Shown piece by piece: positions 50,471 through 63,876 of a stretch of DNA of 64,000 bases (the stretch's first letter is position 1; the number at the start of each line of letters is the position of its first letter). The stretch covers positions 8,928,001-8,992,000 of the forward strand of contig NC_058368.1 of NCBI RefSeq assembly GCF_018350175.1. Reading direction: 5' to 3'. A program made the translations under genes and the position numbers. The DNA comes from Felis catus (taxonomy: Eukaryota). The notes under the pieces were generated by a model. It did not search any database. It was not told the origin of the DNA and was given only the letters and a program-made list of their open reading frames with translations.

Positions 50471-52880
50471 GCTTAGTGTTGACGGCTCAGGTCTGAGCTC
50501 CTCACCTTCTTGCCTTTAGCCATCAGCCCTGATTTCCAGACTACCTCTCTGCAAAGGCTCTTCCACAGTCCTAGCAGAGAGGGGGGACTCCCCCTCACAT
50601 ACTGTGAGTGCAGGGAGCCTGCTGCAACAGACCCAGAAAAGGAGAGATTCTGCAGGAAAAAGGAATGACCAACCATATTATATATTTCAGAGAGACAACA
50701 TGGCGTGAGCACTGACGACCGATCACAGAATCTAACTGGAAAAAAGAGGCAACGGAAAGCAGTTTTAGTATAATAATAAGAGCCTACTTTTCAGGTGAAA
50801 GCAGGTGGTGAGAACATGACATTCACTCTAGTTAGCTTCATCATTAAAAAAAAAAAAAAGGGCTGTCAGCCAACTGCTTCCACCTTCACAGCATCTGCAG
50901 AGAACCCCAAGAAATCACGCCCCAGAAGGGCAAGCACTTGGGTCACTCGGTGTTAGCACCCACAGGCACGCAAACAGCGTTTGCTGAATGAATGAATGAA
51001 TGAACGAATGCATGCATGCATGCATAAACTCTACACTTCTCAAAAAGCTTGTTCTAAATTTGGAAATCTTACGTTTATCAAAAACGCGAGTCTAGGGTAA
51101 ATCTGAACGTTTCGTGGCAGTGTCACCACAGTGGCCAGCTAATATTCTTTGCTCTTTGATTGGTCAGCTGAGGATTATCTGAACTAGGAATCACAAGGGT
51201 CTGTGCTGGGCCTACACGAAACAAATGAACAAAAACACCTGCTACTCCACCTGATGAAGCACATGTTAAGATTCACATAAATCAAGCAGAGAAGAAAGGC
51301 CACCACCTCCCAAACTGAAGTGAATCTGGTTCAGAGCGCAATTTTTTTTCTAGGCCCCTTTGTGTAACCGTTGCAACTGTTTTCTTCAGTTACAGGAGCG
51401 CTTAATCAAACAAACATCTAAAAACAGCACAATTTTCTTATTTAAACATAAAAGTATTTTCAACCCTGCACCAATTTCCCTTGATCTGTGTTGGAAGGAA
51501 TCCCAGGGACGCCTTACCATAACAATAAACTTAAAAAAAAAAAATGACATATATTTTCATAAAGAGTACCGTATGTATACTGCTTCTAATTTGGGATAAA
51601 TCCCCAGTATATTCTGAATTTTTAAAAAGAACGCTTTATTTGCTTTGCTACTGTGGAACTTTCCATTCTGCTAAAAGGCCCCAAATTTAGAATTTACAAA
51701 CAAACCTTGCCTGGACAAAGTGAAAGCTGTACTTAGCTTATGGATATGCTAACTCCCGGCATAAAACAAACGCTCAATAGCTCTGCCTCCAGACTTCAGG
51801 TATTTAATGACAGTTAGAAGACGTAGGCTCGAAGGAAGTTTATGTACAAATTAAACCAAAGGTTTTTCGTACCAGCACCTGAAAGGTTTAAATGCCAGAC
51901 GGAGTCTACGTTCTCAGTACTAATTTTCTCAAAGTTGGTCCAAAGGAATAGATCTGCGTCCCGACACGGAGGACACTGGTGCCAGCTCTGGCCGCCTGCC
52001 ACTGCCTTGCGACTTCCAAGCAAGGGCTCCAGAGCTCCCCAGGCAGAGCTGAAGATACGCTTTCTGGTATTCATCTTCACCAAACATCACTGACGCTTAA
52101 TGTTGCCTACTGCAGCCGTAAACGAGAGCGTTAACTCGTGAGCCCAGCAGAGGCAGGAAACGCTATGCATTCTGCAGGTGGAAAGCACCGCCAACTGCCT
52201 CCGACAGATAAGACTGACCAGTTCTCTCACAGCTGGGAATTAATGCAACTGACGTGTTTCCCAGGGTCCCAAACTCTCCCTACTTCCCAAGGGCACACCA
52301 ACAATACCACCTTTGACAAACCTGTACTTTGTGGACCTGCACAGTGTCCACGCTGGAAGGGAGCTGAGCTGCTCAGGGCCGTCTGCCACACACCTGCACT
52401 GACGGGCTGCCGTACCCGTTCACTGGCTGGGGAGCCTTGTTGGAGGAGTGCGCTGGGGTTTTCCTGGACAACAAATGCACCATCTCTACCACCATTAGAA
52501 GGCAAACAGAAAAATAGGGAGTGATCTACACCGGGAATGAACATCTACTGCCCGACTGCCAAGTGTGCAGCTGAGAGCACGGGTCAGCCACTGCCTGGGC
52601 TCTCAGACGCCCTGGGAGCTGGGATCTGCCTGAAGGAAGAGCAGAACGAGGCTGGGTACAGGTCCCCGTGTCTGGAGCGGAAGTCGAAACCCAGGTCTGT
52701 CTGGGACCCAAAGTCATCCAGGAAGCTCTAGGTCAGAAGAGTCCCTGCCCTTGTATCCACGGCTGATCTTTGAAATTAATGACCTAAATTTAAATGCCAA
52801 CATGAAACTTTATAAACTATCCACAGTGAAACACAGGTCAATTCTAGAACTCCAATAAAGTTCCAAACATAATGTAGCCT

Positions 52881-52916
<36 letters not shown>

Positions 52917-53439
52917 GTCTGCTTTGGTTAAAGGTACAGCGAACTCGACAGTCAGATGGGGCTGAAACCTCCCCTTTGCCTGTGCCTCTTCCCTGAGGCC
53001 ACCCTCCCTCCAGGGCAGACCACTCCTGATGGCATCCTGGGCTTTCTCCGCAGTTCTGGCCAGTGAGCTGGCTGCACTCCAGCTCTAACTCCATGCTGCC
53101 ACCCAACTGGGTCAGGGTTAGTCGGAGCAGGGCACCTCTCTCAATGGCTCCCACAGTCAGAGCCAAATGCGGGAGCCAGCAGCAAGTACCCCACTGGGGG
53201 TGGGAGAGGGTATGGAGGGCACGGAGCAGCCAGAGGAGCGAGGAACAGGCACTAACTGCAGGGCAGCGGTGCCTGCATGGGCGTGGCCCTCTGCGGTCCC
53301 AGGTAAGGGAGGGCAAGGTGGAGAACACCCAGGAGAGAGCCAAGGAATCTCCTGGAATTTGGTTCCAAGAGGGGGCTGTGTCCATCTTGGGGCTGCAACT
53401 CACTTTACAAGAACCACAGAATGTAAGTAAGACAACTCA

Positions 53440-53651
53440 AGGGGGAAAAAAAAATTACAGAGAGGGAGGGAGGCAAACTGTAAGAGACTCTATTTTTAAA
53501 TACTGAGAACAAACTGAGGGTTAATGGGGGTGGGGGAGAAGGGAAACTGGGTGATGGGCATTGAGGAGGGCACCTGTTGGGATGAGCACTAGGTGTTGTA
53601 CGGAAACCAAATTGACAGAAAATTATATTTAATAATAATAATAAAAAAAAA
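53440..53651 (+). mobile_element. Young 5'-truncated felid/carnivore L1 (3'UTR plus poly-A)
   Basis: gagagggagggaggcaaac...actgagaacaaactgagggtt...gggtgatgggcattgaggagggcacctgttgggatgagcact, then A-tail. Perfect 11-bp TSD aagacaactca (53429-53439 / 53652-53662). Confidence 0.92.
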
Positions 53652-53990
53652 AAGACAACTCAGATGGGCCTCCCAAGCACAAAGTCCGTCCTGCTCCTGT
53701 CCAAAATGCCAGGCAGCCCAGATTTGGAGAACCGAGAACATAAGAAATAACATCTCAGTCAAACTTGGCATGCTCTGGACAAGAGTCCTGTCTTCAGAGA
53801 AGCTCACAAAGCAAGCTTTGTAAGCAGGCTCGTCCCACGATAGCATTTGCAAAAGATCGGTGATAAACCCCAAGCATCCCTGGCTCCATCCAAGTATCAA
53901 GAAGGACATTCTTCTTGAGCCCACTGCCCTTTTCTGCCTCTACTACCTCTGGTTCTGTCCATTTGTTACCAGCGGCAGAAAGTACTATTT

Positions 53991-54172
53991 TTTTTTTTTA
54001 AATTTTCTTACTGAAGAATAATTTTTTAATTTATTTTTTAATTTATTTTTTTAAGTAGACTTCACACCCAGCACGGAGCCCAACGTGGGGCTCAAACTCA
54101 CGACCCTGAGATCAAGACCTGAGCTGAGATCAAGAGTTGGACGCTTAGCCGACTGAGGCACCCAAGAGCCCC
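53991..54172 (-). mobile_element. Older short Can-SINE (sense to SLC7A1)
   Basis: Reverse-complement head with tcttgat motif and T-rich tail. TSD ag(t/c)actattt at 53981 and 54174. Confidence 0.88.
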
Positions 54173-56212
54173 GAGCACTATTTGCTTTATATTTATTCTA
54201 AGACATTTCGAAGTCCTGACAAGGGACAGTCTCTGACTTCCAGAAATGGCTGATAAATCTGCAGGCTCACCTTGCCCTGGCCTACGGGAGCTTCAAACTC
54301 CGGTCACACCTCTTTTTCCTGGTATTGCCACACTGGGCAGTCCCAAATCTTCCAGTAAACCCTCCTACAAACTCTCCTCCATTCTCAAACAAAGCCAAAG
54401 CCTTTGGAACTCAAAGACTAAAAATTTCCCCTCTTCTGTAATACAACCCTTATCGGATTTCTGTCCAGAGGGCAGATATTTAAGACTTCTGAACTTCAGC
54501 TGTACAAGTGAAATCTTTTTTTGCAAATTTGACTCTTTGCCATCCTTTGTCCTCCTTTGAACCTTATATGAACCCGGTGGCACAGCGGAGTGTGCTCTGT
54601 CTGATACACCGGTGTGTTATTTTTATATACGCACATCTGCATACCTAAATCAGAAAGCTCTATCATCAGCCGGATCACGTCCACTAAGGCAAATCTAAAG
54701 GACTTTGGACAGAATGCCCTGAAGAAGAGGGGGGGGGGGGTCCTTGAAGTTGAAGCCCGCGAAAGGTGCCCAATGTCCCGCCGTCTGTCCCCAGGTGGGT
54801 CTGCCCCAGGAAGCAGCCACCAAGGGAAAGCTGCCCCAAGCGGAGACAAACGCGAGTCCGGGACCCTCCGCCCTCCACTGCTATTTCTCCCTGGACGTCA
54901 GGTGCTCCGTGCAGTCTGAAGACCCACCGCCGGAGAAGCGGTGACCCTTCGATACCCCCCATACTGGCTCCCTGTCACAGCCTGTCAAAAGCAGCATGGA
55001 AAAGAGTCACGCGTGCCCTTTTCTCTGCATGTGATGCGAGGAAGCAGGCAAGAACCTGTCCCTTCTCTTTCAGACTTTTTTCTTCATTCCACTAAGGAGA
55101 AATTCGTCTCTCAGAGGAGGTGGGGGAGAAGCAGAAGCAAGAACACGGTGAAGGGTTTTCCGTAAACGCCGTTTCCGCAGCAGAAGACCGCTGTGTGGAG
55201 ACGACAACACGGAGCCTCGGAGGGGCTCTGCGTCTGCTGCTGCTGCTGAAGGGCTCACCCTAAACTCAGGCAGGGTGGCTTAACGGGGGAGTTTGCTTTC
55301 TGTTTCCTTTGATGGGGGCTGTATATATTTTGACGTGTATGGCTGGCGAGTCCTGGGAAAAATCACGTCTCTCAAGCTTCCTCCCTGGTGAGATAGCGTG
55401 GGACTGGGCTGCTCATGACCTATCCCGACATTCCAGAACCTCCGCAGGAGACGCCCCGCACACGAGGACACTGCTGCCAAGGGCCTGACACCGGTGGCCG
55501 GCTGCCCCTGCTGGAAAGTTCTTGCCCTTGCCCAAGGGTAAACATCCACAAGTGCCGTGCGGGACCTCGAAACACTTGGTCCAAACTCCTCACTCTTTCC
55601 TGAGATGCACTCAGGGAACGCACAATTCTGACCAGCACGGGCTCTTCTGGAAGACTCCTAAGGGGGAAGGGGTGAGAGTGTGGTGGACCGTGGGGATGCT
55701 GGTTACCAGGTCCTTCTTTTTTTTTCTTACAGGAGCCATTGTGTTCCCCCTGGCTGCAGTAGTCACCCGGCTCATCATTTCTGGACTAATACACACAAGG
55801 GGACACTTCTTAGTCAAGACCTTTGCACCAACCTAACACCAAACCATCTGTTTTCTACTACATCAGATTACTACCATTCCCACTCCACACCCACTTTTAT
55901 GGTATGGACACCAAGCCGCACGGAGCTCTTTAGTAGCTCCATAATCATGGAACGTCACTAACTTCCTGCTTAAGGCCGGAAACCCCAAAGACAGTCTCCT
56001 AGTCCAATCTCATCTGAATGCGAAAGCAGAAAATGTGGCCTTCCTTGGAGAGGAAGACGTGATAAATCCCCAGGGGGACCCTGTGGCTGGGCAGCAAAAG
56101 ACAAAGGACCTTAGGCGCTAACCACCTCTCATCAAGCCATGTTTAGAGCCCGTGCTTCCTCTCTACCACGTCTGACGTCCTTGCACATTCAGAAAAAAAA
56201 AACCCGTATTCT

Positions 56213-56435
56213 GGGGCGCCTGGGTGGCTCAGTCGGCTGGGCGTCCGACTTCGGCTCAGGTCATGATCTCACAGTTTGTGAGTTCGAGCCCTGCATTGGG
56301 CTCTGTGCTGACAGCCCAGATCCTGGAGCCTGCTGGATTCTGTTTTCCCCTCTCTCTGCCCCTCCCCTGTTCATGCTCAGTCTCTATCTCTCAATAACGA
56401 ATAAACATTAAAAAAAATTAAAAAATAAAAAAACC
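56213..56435 (+). mobile_element. Feline Can-SINE
   Basis: Perfect 14-bp TSD aaaacccgtattct (56199-56212 / 56436-56449). Confidence 0.96.
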
Positions 56436-57944
56436 AAAACCCGTATTCTACAAGTTATCCCTTGTATTCAGACAACACACAGACGGGCATGGAGAGAACA
56501 TGCGCTGGATGGTATACACAGCCTTCTCCTTTACAAGGTGTTTTTATACCTTAAAACATGTCTTAATTCCCTTACCTGGCCGCTTTGCTGAACTATAAAG
56601 CCCTATCTCTGCCAAGGCGATGAGTGCTACAGAGCCGATTGATTATTCACAGGCCCAACTGCAAAGTTTCCCCCGGGTAATTCATTGCTCATCTTAAGGC
56701 CTGGTGAGACAAATAAGCAATGTGCAGGTTTCTACAGACTGGAAAGTGTAAACCGCCCTCTACACCCCCGTATGAGATGCCATAAATTAAGGTTGATTTT
56801 CGCAAAGAAACGATGCCGTCATGGGATTTCGTGCAGAAGGCAAAATGCAGAAGGTACGAGAGGGCATGGAGTGCGGGGCAGCGGTCAGTCCCCTCCACAC
56901 CCTGACCGCACCATCACCACCGCCGTTCCCGGACCTCCCAACAAGGTCCGGTCTTGGCCCACGAGTTTTTACAGAAGCGATTACAAGCCCCAAATTTAGA
57001 GAAAAAAAAATGTAAATGATGCTTTTATATACCATTTGACAGAAAGCTTTCTAATGAGCATATGAATTAATGAACCAGACAACACAGCAAAAATAAAACT
57101 CACACTCGCTGAATTTAATACCATTTAATTCCTGTTGCTTCTTCCTCACACCCCCCCCCCTTTTGTATCCTTGTGAAAAGGTATCAACACATTTTGGAGG
57201 GCTTCTGGAAGTTTTCACCCCATCTACAGTGAAACATGGAGAAACAGGACCATATCAGAGCTTTTGGAGAAACCGTTCTGCCTTGCTTTCTTTCCTACTT
57301 TCAATGTCCAAGTGCAAATACGTGTACTAAGCACAAACCTTCTAACTGAAAGACTGTCAAAAGCGGGTAAGTTCTCCCCCAACTATTCCAAGTCTCTCCC
57401 CTTGGCCAAGCCAGCACCTCTGGGAGGCCGAAGGCGGATAGGATTCACGGACAAGCACCCCTTTTCCCTTCAGCCATCCATTCCTACGACTGCCTAAAAC
57501 CAAACACACAGAACCGCAAGGGGGCTTAAACCCCTGAGCGTCCGCCCAGACAGGGGCCCTCCTTTGCCAAGCGGCATCCTGGTTTAAGGTCTTCCGAGCA
57601 GGGGACGCGGAACCTCGCCTCCTGCAGCCGCTCTGGCACCGCCATGCCCCGTCCCTTGGCACGTCTCCCCCCACCCCTTAATTAGAAAGCGCCTGACATC
57701 CATCTCTTGCATGAAGAATTTCCTGACTAAGAGAAAACAAGTAGCAACCTCTCCTGAGCCCACGTGCACCACTCCCCAGCCTTCTGGAGGAATCACTTTT
57801 GAGTGTTAATTTACACCTCCTCCTCCACCAGCAAAGTAACAACACATGTATGTGCAACCTCAGGAACTGGATGTTTCACTTGGCAGGACCCTCCCACGCC
57901 TACTGCAGCTTAACCCTTTATAGGCCAGCCAACCCTGATATAAA

Positions 57945-58155
57945 ATACATAGCTCACATTTATTGAATACCGGGCAATGTTCTAAACACACTTTATCTCT
58001 TTGATCCTCAACACAGCCTACGACGTGGGGACTGTCACTTTCACCATTTTTCAAATGGGGAAACTGAGGCACGGAGCTGCAGACGGTCGCGCACACAGAC
58101 CTCCTGAAATGGGGTCGGGTTGCTGGCCACCTTGCGGAAGCATCCTAAACCACAG
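57945..58155 (-). mobile_element. MIR relic
   Basis: atagctcacatttattgaatac...ccatttttcaaatggggaaactgaggcacggag. Confidence 0.75.
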
Positions 58156-58159
58156 TGGG

Positions 58160-58389
58160 TTTTTTTTTAATTATTTTTTTAATGTTTTTATTTATTTTTG
58201 AGACAGAGAGAGACAGAGCATGAGCAGGGGAGGGGCAGAGAGAGAGGGGGACACAGAATCCGAAGCAGGCTCCAGGCTCTGAGCTGTCAGTCAGCACAGA
58301 GCCCGACGCGGGGCTCGAACTCACAGACTGTGAGATCATGACCTGAGCTGAAGTCGGACGCTCAACCGACTGAGCCATCCAGGCGCCCC
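58160..58389 (-). mobile_element. Feline Can-SINE (sense to SLC7A1)
   Basis: Full reverse-complement copy ending tgagccatccaggcgcccc. No obvious TSD. Confidence 0.94.
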
Positions 58390-59244
58390 TGTTATTTAGT
58401 TCTTGCATCTCCTTTCATGTTGTGCCGACCCTCTCCTGCTGCCAGGGCCTCAGCTGCCACTTGTCCCATGGTGAGGAGCCCCACCTCTGCTGGCGATTAC
58501 CACTTCCTACCTGCAGTGGGCTGTCAACAGATAACCAGGCCAGTCAGACCTGAGTACACCCCTCCCGCCCCAAGGGCACTGAAGCATGCAGCTCTGTGAC
58601 AGGCGCCTCAGTTCTTGAAAAGGTGTCTTCTGAGCATCTGCTCCACACCAGGGACCGCTCCAGGTTCTGGAGCCACATGTGCCCGGGCCCTGTCCCGGGG
58701 AGCTGGAGGTCTCCTCGCTTCATTCCAGGTTCCGGCAGTTTTACGGATGCCTGCTAGTAGTCCAAGAGATCCCAGGAGCTGGTCAGACACGCCCACCCCG
58801 GACCTGCTTTACAGGGAGACTCCCCAGGGGAGGATCTCTGTGCGCGTACTGGGCCGGGTGGTTAAAGGACACCTGAAGTTTGACTTTAGGCTATGAAAGC
58901 CTCTATTTTATTTCACTTACACACTTGCTGAAACGTATTCCTTTTCTCTGTCTTTAATGCCTGCCCCATCACATCTGCCCAATCCATATGTGTGTACCTA
59001 CTCCATGCTTTCTAGATAGTGACGGAGGAGTCCAAGTCATAACGAAGGGAGCGTATCGCAAAATCCAGTGACAGTGGAAGTCTCTTGCTTTGGGTACTAC
59101 ATTTCCAGAAACAAAATACTACATGCTTAGTCTCAACCCCAGCTTCAAATTTCTATTTTATTAGTGTACAACCGCATCTGTAGGTGCAGGCCTTCGGTGA
59201 AGTCTAGGCCTAGCAGGGCTATGGCTTCAGACCACGGAATTAAA

Positions 59245-59467
59245 ATTTTTTTTAATGTTTATTTTTGACAGAGAGAGAGAGAGAGAGACAGAGCATGAGC
59301 AGGGGAGGGGCAGAGAGGGCGGGGGGGGGGGGGGGGAGACACAGAATCCGAAGCAGGTTTCAGGCTCTCGACTGACAGCACAGAGCCCAACGCGGGCCTC
59401 GAACTCACAAACCGTGAGATCATGACCTCAGCTGATGTCTGACGTTCAACCAAGTGAGCCACCAGGC
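59245..59467 (-). mobile_element. Feline Can-SINE with internal G16 run
   Basis: Reverse-complement copy. G16 at 59321-59336. Short flanking duplication ggaatt. Confidence 0.92.
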
Positions 59468-62400
59468 TGTGGAATTTTAAGGGAGCCTACATCCATGCCA
59501 CACACGTAATAAAGTGGACCACGCAGTCCTGCCAGCTCAAGAGCAGCTGTTGTCTGGCAGCAAGAACAATTCTAGGGAGAAGGGGAGGGAACCACAGTTT
59601 CTGAATCACTGCTCATTTGAATTTGGGGCTGCATTGCTTGTTCCCACAATGCATCAGGATGGAGGGATCACTCCCATCCCTCTCTCCTGGCTCCCGTCGT
59701 CTCTCCAGGGCAAATGGTATTTCCTTCCTGTGCACAGCCACATACCTGGCTGGAAAGAGACCCCTCCTGAGGTGCCAACACCCCTAAGCCCTTAAGAGGC
59801 CCCAAATCTCCCACCGGCTCAAAGGCTCTCCAGGGTGATTCAGCAAGAGCTCCCTTGCAGATCCTCAAGGCAAAACAGTCAACAGGCAGCCAGGAGCAAC
59901 GGGGAAGTGCTGGCCTCCCCAGCCTCTGCCCCCATTCGAAGTCACCCAAGAAATTCAGAATGGCAATCCCCCTGCCTTGACTCACCAGACACAGACCTGA
60001 GAGAATCCTACCACAAACTACACCTGATAACTTTCCAAAATTCTGATTGTATCCAACTCTGACACTAGGAAGACTTTCTTCCCAGTTCAATTCAGATAAC
60101 CCAAAGAATTAATGAATGGTCTTGCCTAATATCATCCAAAATTGCCCTCTAGAAAGAAAGACATGTCTTCCAACAAAAGTATTTTTTTAAAGCAAAACTA
60201 GCTGCTACAAATTTGAGATTATAGATTTATGGGGGATGTGTTAAGCAACTGAAATCATAGATTATCCCCTAATTCGCATAATATTAACATATCTAAGATC
60301 ATAAAATCAAGTTCATGATGATTCTTCTCAAATAGTATCAACAGTGGTGGTAATATCTGCATCTTGCAGAAGAGTTTTTAAAAGACTGTAAACTAAGTGC
60401 TCTATATGCTTTTATAGAGGAGCATAATAAATAAAAGAAGTTTACAAGAAATAAGGACAGATATTTGTACAATGTTTCAAGAAAGTAGGCAATTTATCTT
60501 CTTCTGGTTCTGTTCTTTTACTATGCTTTTGTTCCTACAATCAATTCCCTTGATTTACAATTGTTTTAAGGATTATATACACAGGCTTGTCCTTAAAAAT
60601 ATTTATTTTCTAGGCAAAAAAAAAAAAAAAAAATTCAAACAATTCTCAGGTAAGATTTACGTTTATGTAAAACCCATTCTAACTTTTCAAGGAAAACTAA
60701 TGTCACGATTGCTATTGCTAATATTATAACACACTGTTCAATTTTAATCCATCAGACTTAAGAGTCCAAAAATTAATATTTCTATTAGAGTATCTTTTCT
60801 CCCTCTTCTTCCTATAAATCCTTAACTCTAAAAGGCTCATTGTTCAGATAGGTTCTTCCTCAACTCATAATGAATACAATAAATTCAAAAAAAAAAAAAA
60901 AGGCTTTTCAAAGTGCTGAAACTAACAAACTCTGAGCCATCTCTGAAAATTCACACACAGCCTGACCAGGCCACCTTCAAACCCACCAGCATGTGAGGTC
61001 AGCGAAGGCAAGAGCCATCTAGTTTGCATCAGCAGGAAACCACACCAGGAATTCATACAGGTCTTGCCCTGTGTCCCCATTCACCTTCTTGGGAATCGTC
61101 ACAAACAAGAAATGTCCACTTCAGTTAGAAACTCCCACGCCACCATGAAAAGAAACCTCTACCCCTTGGCTGTCTTTGTCCAAACCAGTCTGGACAGAGA
61201 ATTACGCCCAGGCCCAAGCCCAGGGAACCTGAAATTCAGGACATCAAGGCGGAGTGGCAGGTGGGTTCGCAGGCTAGCGTGCCCAAGCCTAACAGGGTTT
61301 GCAAACTGCAAGTTGCCACCAGCATTTTTTTTTTCACGCAAGAGAAACAAAAAGTATCGGAGTGCACCGCAGGTACAAGAACGGGTGCTGTTTCACAAAA
61401 ACTTTCATTTAAATCTATAGACGTGTATGTGCCTGTGTGTGTACTTGATCACAGGATACACTGATTTCTTACTGTGGATTGCAGCCAGAGGAGTCTGAAA
61501 GCCTCCACCCTCAGGAGAACCACTGTGCGGGCACGACCAGCCCTATCCCAAACACAGCCTGAAGGAAGCCTTCCCAAACACCAGGTTTCCAGAACCCGGT
61601 GTGGAGGGCAGGTGGAAAGGCAGCCAGCAGAGCTCTGAAAACTAAGTACCTGTGTCCTTCTGGTAAGAACGAAACACATCACCAGAGAGAGGTATGGGCA
61701 GCTGGAACATTCATCCTCCCTGCAACAAAATCACGACATCAGGGCCATTTTCAAAGCTAACCTACCTTGCAGGTAAGAATGCGACGCTGTGTCGTTAAAG
61801 AACTTATAAATTAGAAATCAGGACATCGTGTAGGTGTCTCTTGGTAGGCCTGATGCTCAAAGATGAGACATCCCAGACAAATCAGGTAAAAATTCTCAAC
61901 AGGACAGGACAAGCCACTCTGATGGTACATCAGCTACAGAGTATGTAAAAAGATGTTGTAATTTTACCCCGTCTGTGAAAGTGCCTAATAGCCAACCCAG
62001 GAAAAATTTAATATTCTGATACTCTAATGTCAACACAACAGGATTATTTCAAAACTAGAAATGTCAAAGTCACTCATTCGTAGCCGGACTGGTACCGAAG
62101 TACAAAATGTGGCACATATTTGTACCAAAAAAAACCCCAAAATAAACCCCAAACAGAGATGCCCGGGCAGAAGTACAATAAAAATTTAAAATATTTATTA
62201 TTCTTTCCACCTGCCAAAATGTTACTATTCAGCCCAAAGACATTTCCTCCTTTAGAACACTACTGTTTCACTAATTATGAAAATATTTATTTAACAAATA
62301 TTTGTGGAGCGCCACTTTAGGTGCTACATACAGAGCAGTGAACAAACCAAAGTCCAATTTTAATAGTGTTTTCTTTCTGCACAAATACATAGACCTCAGA

Positions 62401-62501
62401 TAAGATAACGCTGAACACAGAAAATTGTATCCAGACTTCACTTTCACTTTCAACAGCAAAGTTTTTCCATAACATCAAATATTCTTTGAAAATACCATTT
62501 T

Positions 62502-62713
62502 GGGGAGCACCTGGATGGCTCAGTCAGTTCAGCGTCTGACTTCAGCTCAGGTCATGATCTCCCGGTTGGTGAGTTCGAGCCCCACATCGGGCTCTGTGCT
62601 GACAGCTCAGAGCCTGGAGCCTGTTTCGGATTCTTTGTCTCGATCTCTCTCTGCCCCTCCCCTGCTCACCCTCTGTCTCTGTCTCTGTCTCTCTCTCTCA
62701 GAAGTAAACATTA

Positions 62714-62779
<66 letters not shown>
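62502..62779 (+). mobile_element. Feline Can-SINE whose tail has become an (AAAG)n microsatellite (about 62713-62783)
   Basis: Head, B-box, CT tract, then about 17 AAAG units. TSD gaaaataccatttt (62488 / 62780). Confidence 0.94.
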
Positions 62780-62781
<2 letters not shown>

Positions 62782-62794
62782 AAATACCATTTTT

Positions 62795-63020
62795 GGGGCA
62801 CGTAGACGGCTCAGTCGGTTAAGCGTCCAACTCTTGATTTCGGCTCAGGTCATGATCTCACGGTTCATGAATTCGAGCCCTGCATCGGGCTCTGTGCTGA
62901 CAGTGCAGAGCCTGCTTGGGATTCTGTCTCCCTTTCTCTCTACCTCTCCCTCTCTCCTGTGCTCTCTCTCTCTTTCTCTCTCAAAATACATAAATACATA
63001 AAAAAAAACACACACACACA
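62795..63020 (+). mobile_element. Older-type Can-SINE (tcttgat variant) with an A/(CA)n tail
   Basis: ggggcacgtagacggctcagtcggttaagcgtccaactcttgatttcggctcagg... Confidence 0.92.
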
Positions 63021-63876
63021 TTTTCATTGGCTACGTAATATTCCATCCTACATGGTGTCATAATTTACCAAAAGACATTTCTAAATGCTTACCACAAGAC
63101 AAAAATACAAACAACAGACGCAGTCAAATATAGCATGTAAAACCTAGATTTAGGACCTTAGGTAGGGGAGACAAATACAATCTTACCAACTCACAGACCC
63201 CGGGCAGTGGACGTCGACACCTTCTTCACCTTGCACCACATGAAGGTCTAATTTGTGAATCTCCCTTTATAAGCCTCACTCCCTCTTTGATCCAAGAGAA
63301 CATTGTCTGCACAGAACAATACGTTTTCATTTCAATTTCCCTTCTTTTCAGGAAAGGAAATGTTTGCACTTCAAAGGGCTTCTTTGAAGAGCAGCCCTCC
63401 GGGTCCTGGCCCATCCAGGTTAGGAGTTCCGTGGCCTCAGCGGGGTGTCTACTATCTGGGCGTCTGCCCACCCTGTCACCCTCAAGGCCAGCTCCTTCAA
63501 GGAGAGGGTCTGGTGCAGGAGAAGAAAAAATAAACACATGGAAAAATACTTGAGGCTTTTGATCACGCCCTTCAGAAGCCCTTTTTCACACATAATGTAG
63601 GTTTACAGCTCAGGGAAACTGAGGTCCACAGGATGGGAAGCCGTGGACGTCGCAGCTTCTTGGAACAAAACCACTCAGCAAAGTCCCCTTCGGGGCCAGG
63701 AAAAAGTGAGCCCCTTTCAGTTACTGCTGGTAATGACTAAGGGCGTGGCCTGGATAAATGAAATGCGGGAGCAAGATCCACCCTTCACATGGAAGTTTTG
63801 GAACTTTCCCCCAGAAACTTGAGGGCAGCACAGTTACTAACAAAGAGCAAAATTCACAATGTAGAATTTCACCTCT

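Noticed and set aside
52810..53506. Overlapping 197-aa and 147-aa ORFs
   Set aside because: No recognisable domain. One crosses a poly-T tract, the other runs into the L1 relic. Consistent with chance ORFs in GC-rich intron.
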